Below, one piece after another: positions 60,221 through 64,000 of a DNA stretch of 64,000 nt. Numbering within the stretch: position 1 is the first letter of the stretch; each line of letters starts with the position of its first letter. Below the pieces are notes generated by a model, which was given only the letters and a program-made list of their open reading frames with translations, was not told the DNA's origin and made no database searches. Origin of the DNA: Limnothrix sp. BL-A-16 (GTDB lineage: Bacteria; Cyanobacteriota; Cyanobacteriia; CACIAM-69d); assembly GCA_041937175.2 (NCBI GenBank), contig CP166615.1:3552001-3616000 (forward strand), given 5' to 3'. Both the position numbers and the translations under genes were made by a program.

Positions 60221-60252
60221 ACTCTATTCTCTCTAGTAAGCTATAGAGTCAA
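60221..60252 (-). promoter_or_regulatory. MerR-family (PbrR/CadR/ZntR-type) operator-promoter
   Basis: Minus strand TTGACT-CTATAGCTTACTAGAGAGAA(20 bp)-TAGAGT with CTCTA...TAGAG dyad. Confidence 0.72.
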
Positions 60253-60314
60253 GAGGCGGCGCGATCGAGTAAGACAATGGGAATGAAGCAGCCAGTTTTG
60301 ATGGAGCAGCCCCC

Positions 60315-60896
60315 GTGACTTCGGGAAATTTGACCCAACAACCCAATCACCCAACCGAGTCCGCCATTCCGCCTCACTGGGTGTTCACTCAGGTCGATCG
60401 CCCGGAACAGCCCGAGACCCAAACCCAGGATGCCGCCGCTGCCGATCATGGCCTGCGCCAGTTGGCCCTGGTGGCCGAGGATCGGGTGAAGGTGCGCCGA
60501 CAGGTCACCCTTGATGATGGGACGGTGGCTTGGTTGCAACTGGCCCGGGGCACAGTGCTGCGGCCGGGCGATCGACTGCGCACCGTCCAGGGAGACTGTT
60601 GCCGGGTGGTGGCGCAACCGGAACCGGTGCTGACGGTGCGATCGCCCGATCGACTGTCCCTGTTGCAAGCGGCCTATCATTTGGGCAACCGCCATGCGCC
60701 CCTGGAAATCACGATCGATTATTTGCGGCTCGCGCCGGATCCAACCCTGAAAGATTTGCTGGAACGACGCGGCCTCCAAGTGATTGAGGAAATCGCCCCC
60801 TTTGTGCCGGATCCGGGAGCCTATTCAACGGTCGATCGCGCCCACCATACCCACCACCATCACCACGACCACGCCAATTCCCATCACCATGAGTGA
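60315..60896 (+). CDS. ureE: Urease accessory Ni chaperone UreE
   Basis: RGTVLRPGD, AAYHLGNRHAPL, PFVPDPGAY, His-rich tail; start uncertain. Confidence 0.93.
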   Translation: MTSGNLTQQPNHPTESAIPPHWVFTQVDRPEQPETQTQDAAAADHGLRQLALVAEDRVKVRRQVTLDDGTVAWLQLARGTVLRPGDRLRTVQGDCCRVVAQPEPVLTVRSPDRLSLLQAAYHLGNRHAPLEITIDYLRLAPDPTLKDLLERRGLQVIEEIAPFVPDPGAYSTVDRAHHTHHHHHDHANSHHHE

Positions 60897-61581
60897 GCCA
60901 TTGTCCCGATCGCTTGCCCTGTTGCAATTGGCTAGCCCGGCCTTGCCCGTGGGAGCCTTTAGCTATTCCGAGGCGATCGAAACCTTGGTGGACAAGGGCC
61001 AGGTGAGATCGGCTGCCGATTTGACCGACTGGTTGCGACAGGAGTTACGGGTGGGCAGCATCCGTCTGGAAGCGGCGGCCCTGCTGAAGGCGCGACAGGC
61101 GATCGATCAGGGCAATCGGGACTCCATTCACCACTGGAATCAATGGATTTCGGCCTTGCGAGAAACGGAAGAATTGCGGTTACAAAGTTGGCAAATGGGG
61201 CGATCGTTGGTCACCTTGGCCAAGGATCTCAACCCAGCCGATACCACCTTAGTGACGCTGAATCTGCAACCAGTGAACTATGCGATCGCCTTTGCCAGTT
61301 TGGCTGCCCATTGGCAACTGAGCCACGCGGAAATGTTGACCGCCTATCTACAATCTTGGGCCAGCAATTTGGTGAGCGCTGGGGTTCGTTCCATCCCGAT
61401 CGGTCAAACCCAAGGTCAGCAAACATTACTCAATTTATGGTCTGACTTAACCGCCGCCATCACTGAAATTCAGCAACTCGCCACCGCTGATACGGATGAT
61501 GATTGGTTTGCTTGTGGTTGGGGCCTCTCGATCGCCAGCATGACCCACGAAACCCAATACAGCCGCCTCTTCAGAAGCTAG
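60889..61581 (+). CDS. ureF: Urease accessory protein UreF
   Basis: LQLASPALPVGAFSYS, QMGRSL, PIGQTQGQ, HETQYSRLFRS. Confidence 0.95.
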   Translation: MSEPLSRSLALLQLASPALPVGAFSYSEAIETLVDKGQVRSAADLTDWLRQELRVGSIRLEAAALLKARQAIDQGNRDSIHHWNQWISALRETEELRLQSWQMGRSLVTLAKDLNPADTTLVTLNLQPVNYAIAFASLAAHWQLSHAEMLTAYLQSWASNLVSAGVRSIPIGQTQGQQTLLNLWSDLTAAITEIQQLATADTDDDWFACGWGLSIASMTHETQYSRLFRS

Positions 61582-61657
61582 TTAGCCGCTTGGCTGATGT
61601 TTTTCTCATCGACCTGAAGCACAATAGAATTAGCTCGAAAATACCAGAGGAAAAAGA

Positions 61658-62230
61658 ATGGTTGCCGCCAGAGAGAATCAGCCCCATTTCACACCGGAAG
61701 CCTATTTTGAGTGGGAAGCCCAACAGCTCGAACGGCATGAGCTAATCGATGGTCATGTCTACGCCATGAGTGGCGGCACAAAAAACCACAGCGAGATCGC
61801 TAGCAACATTCTCATGATCATCAAGCCTCATTTACGAGGTGGTCAATGCCGAGTTTTTAATTCTGATGTAAAGATCAACATTCTTAATACATCTAACTAT
61901 ACCTATCCAGATCTCAGCGTGACTTGCGATGATCGAGACCAGAAAACTCCCCTTTACAGTACTTATCCTTGCTTGATTGTTGAAGTTCTCTCCCCCAGTA
62001 CTGAGTCCTACGATCGCTGGAAAAAGTTTGAAAAATATCGCCGCAATCCAAATCTGATTGACTACGTGTTAGTTAGTTCCGAAGAGGTGGCGGTTGATAT
62101 CTACCACAGGAATAGTGCGGGAGATTGGGTGATTTTGAGCTATCGATCGGGCGATCAGGTTGAACTGCAAAGTATTGGGCTAACCGTGGCGATCGAGGAA
62201 TTCTATGAAGGAATTATGTTTGAAGAATAG
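61658..62230 (+). CDS. Uma2-family PD-(D/E)xK endonuclease
   Basis: RHELIDG, YPDLSV, VEVLSPST, YVLVS. Confidence 0.93.
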   Translation: MVAARENQPHFTPEAYFEWEAQQLERHELIDGHVYAMSGGTKNHSEIASNILMIIKPHLRGGQCRVFNSDVKINILNTSNYTYPDLSVTCDDRDQKTPLYSTYPCLIVEVLSPSTESYDRWKKFEKYRRNPNLIDYVLVSSEEVAVDIYHRNSAGDWVILSYRSGDQVELQSIGLTVAIEEFYEGIMFEE

Positions 62231-62251
62231 TCAAAGTCCACCGACACGAAA

Positions 62252-62285
62252 TCATGAGGGTAAGGGGCTTAAGTCCCTTGTAACA
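62252..62285. repeat. Degenerate copy of the AAGGGGCTTAAGCCCCTTG palindrome
   Basis: CATGAGGGTAAGGGGCTTAAGTCCCTTGTAAC, with flanks resembling 17281-17316. Confidence 0.6.
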
Positions 62286-62335
62286 AAGCCTGAGAGCAAG
62301 ACAATCAATCACTCTATTTTTACCAGGAGTGTTGA

Positions 62336-62695
62336 ATGATTAATTCATCGATTCGTCTGATTACCGATCAACAGATTTCAGAAATTTGCCAGACTATTGT
62401 TGAGCAGTTTCAACCTGAAAAAATTATCTTGTTTGGTTCCTATGCCTACGGTCAGCCCCACGAGTGGAGTGATCTAGACTTATTAATCATCATGGACTTT
62501 GAGGAACGGGCGATCGATTTAGCAGTGGAGCTTTGGCAAGCAACAAAGCCAGAATTTCCAGTAGATTTTATTGTCAAAACCTCTTATGAAATTCGATGGC
62601 GATATCAACAGTTTGATCCGCTAGTACGAGTGGCAATTGATCAAGGCAAGGTTCTTTATGACGCAAGTTCTTCAAGAGTGGCTGAAGCGATCTGA
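62336..62695 (+). CDS. Minimal nucleotidyltransferase (MNT) antitoxin
   Basis: IILFGSYAYG...SDLDL; overlaps the HEPN gene. Confidence 0.9.
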   Translation: MINSSIRLITDQQISEICQTIVEQFQPEKIILFGSYAYGQPHEWSDLDLLIIMDFEERAIDLAVELWQATKPEFPVDFIVKTSYEIRWRYQQFDPLVRVAIDQGKVLYDASSSRVAEAI

Positions 62696-63032
62696 AGAAG
62701 ATTGGCAAATTGCAAGCCTTCTCATTCAGTCAGATTTAGATAGCTACGGATCAATTTGCTTTCATGCACAATAATGTATTGAAAAGTTGATGAAAGCACT
62801 CTTAATTCAAGCTGAAGTTGTGCCGCCCTACAGCCATGACTTATCGACACTCGATCGAATGCTCAGTTCCAGTTATCCAAACTGGCAAGTTAACACCCAG
62901 GACTTAGCCTTTTTGACTCAATATGCTGTTGCGGCGCGATATCCAGGGCTGGAGGTTGATCGCAAAGATGCTCTAGATTGCATCAGTAAGTGTGCCAAAT
63001 TACGATCAACTGCTTTAACTTTCTTGCAATGA
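62658..63032 (+). pseudogene. HEPN-domain protein with premature stop
   Basis: MTQVLQEWLKRSEEDWQIA...CFHAQ*CIEKLMKA...HDL...ARYP; TAA at 62772-62774. Confidence 0.85.
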
Positions 63033-63485
63033 TTTAATGACTGTGAGCGTTGCTTGCAAATTGCTGCACAGATACAGCCCTACTAACTTTGATTCACCAA
63101 TATTTAACGATTGTTCCAGTAATCTCTTCAACCTCAGTTGTCAAAATACTCCGCTAGCTCGATCGCGCGGAATTTGTGGAGAGTGGGTTCCCTGAGGGTG
63201 GGTAGTTCATAAACAGGAAGTACCCCCACGATCGGGTAGAGCATGGGCCGCATACTGGATTTATTCGCGATCCGGCGTTCTGCCAAGTTTTGAAGGCCCG
63301 GCTGCTCACCATCAGGAGATGCTGCCATGAAAACCAACCGATTTTTCTCGATTTTGACCGCCAGCCTGGCGATCGTTACGATCGTGCCTTGGGCAGCGCC
63401 AGGCCAGGCCGAAAGGAGTTGTATTTGAAGTGTAAGATATGATTTGCTCAGAACCCCAAATAACATTAACTAAAAAGACACAAGC

Positions 63486-63728
63486 ATGACTTTATTGGAG
63501 CTTCGTGAGGCAACCTTAGCCTTGCCATGGCGAGATCGGTGGTTACTTCTTTGGACTGTCATTCGATCACTCTTCAGTTTCAAACAACAGGAAATGCCAC
63601 CGACGATCCTTGAGCGCATGGGTGGATTACCAGAGCATTGGCTGCATGATGGTGACTTGGCTGATCGAGATTTAAGGCGAGTAGCCTTGGCCGATCGACT
63701 CCATCAATCCACTACAGATCAATCATGA
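63486..63728 (+). CDS. Putative antitoxin upstream of PIN toxin
   Basis: ATGA overlap with PIN gene; small size. Confidence 0.6.
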   Translation: MTLLELREATLALPWRDRWLLLWTVIRSLFSFKQQEMPPTILERMGGLPEHWLHDGDLADRDLRRVALADRLHQSTTDQS

Positions 63729-64000
63729 AGCCAGCAAAAGTGCTAGTGGACTCAGGCGTTTTAATTGCTTTTTATAATGCTGAGGATCGATACCACAGTC
63801 GAGTTGTTGATTTCTTTGGCGCTTGTCGAAGTGAACTGATTACAACTTTGGCTTGTGTCACGGAAGTACTTTGGTTATTGAATAAAAGTTGGCAAGTTCA
63901 AAATATTTTTCTGAACCATTTAGCACAGAATATTGATCGCTGTGAGTCATTAAATCGTCATGATTTTCAAAGAATTGTAGAACTCAATGAACAATACTCA
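63725..64000 (+). CDS. PIN-domain (VapC-like) toxin, 3'-truncated by window edge (absent from ORF track)
   Basis: MKPAKVLVDSGVLIAFYNAEDRYH...LITTLACVTEVLWLL. Confidence 0.88.
   Translation, partial: MKPAKVLVDSGVLIAFYNAEDRYHSRVVDFFGACRSELITTLACVTEVLWLLNKSWQVQNIFLNHLAQNIDRCESLNRHDFQRIVELNEQYS

Noticed and set aside
63134..63466. 110-aa minus-strand ORF
   Set aside because: No recognisable motif or RBS; could be a gene fragment but cannot be supported
1..64000. Very frequent GCGATCGC as a novel repeat
   Set aside because: Known cyanobacterial HIP1 octamer

Overview
Cyanobacterial chromosome segment, shown by photosystem genes psaF-psaJ-psaL, psaK, psb27, chlM and very frequent HIP1 octamers (GCGATCGC). 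Most of the window is housekeeping: tsaD, phoH-khpA-rpsP, ycf46, bioB-bioY-lspA, ppx, pstSCAB with a Pho box, exbB/exbD/exbD, queF, ispF, ureE-ureF, and a TetR-controlled ABC efflux system. Two accessory patches rich in toxin-antitoxin genes lie at about 9.7-13.9 kb and 59.3-64 kb. Most notable: (1) a small signal-peptide protein whose predicted 24-aa mature part has the Cys spacing of fungal and vertebrate beta-domain metallothioneins, preceded by a MerR-type metal-sensing promoter and divergent from ureE-ureF; (2) a Bell-like effector and an NB-ARC-TPR NLR that share an N/Q-rich amyloid-like motif, with a DUF2283/DUF2442 cassette between them and DUF2442 fused to the NLR; (3) a 20-22 bp palindrome shared by two MITE families, with different tandem amplifications beside it at four loci; (4) an ABC exporter carrying a ComFB-like domain. 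All calls come from reading motifs by eye; no database searches were run, and several start codons are judgement calls.
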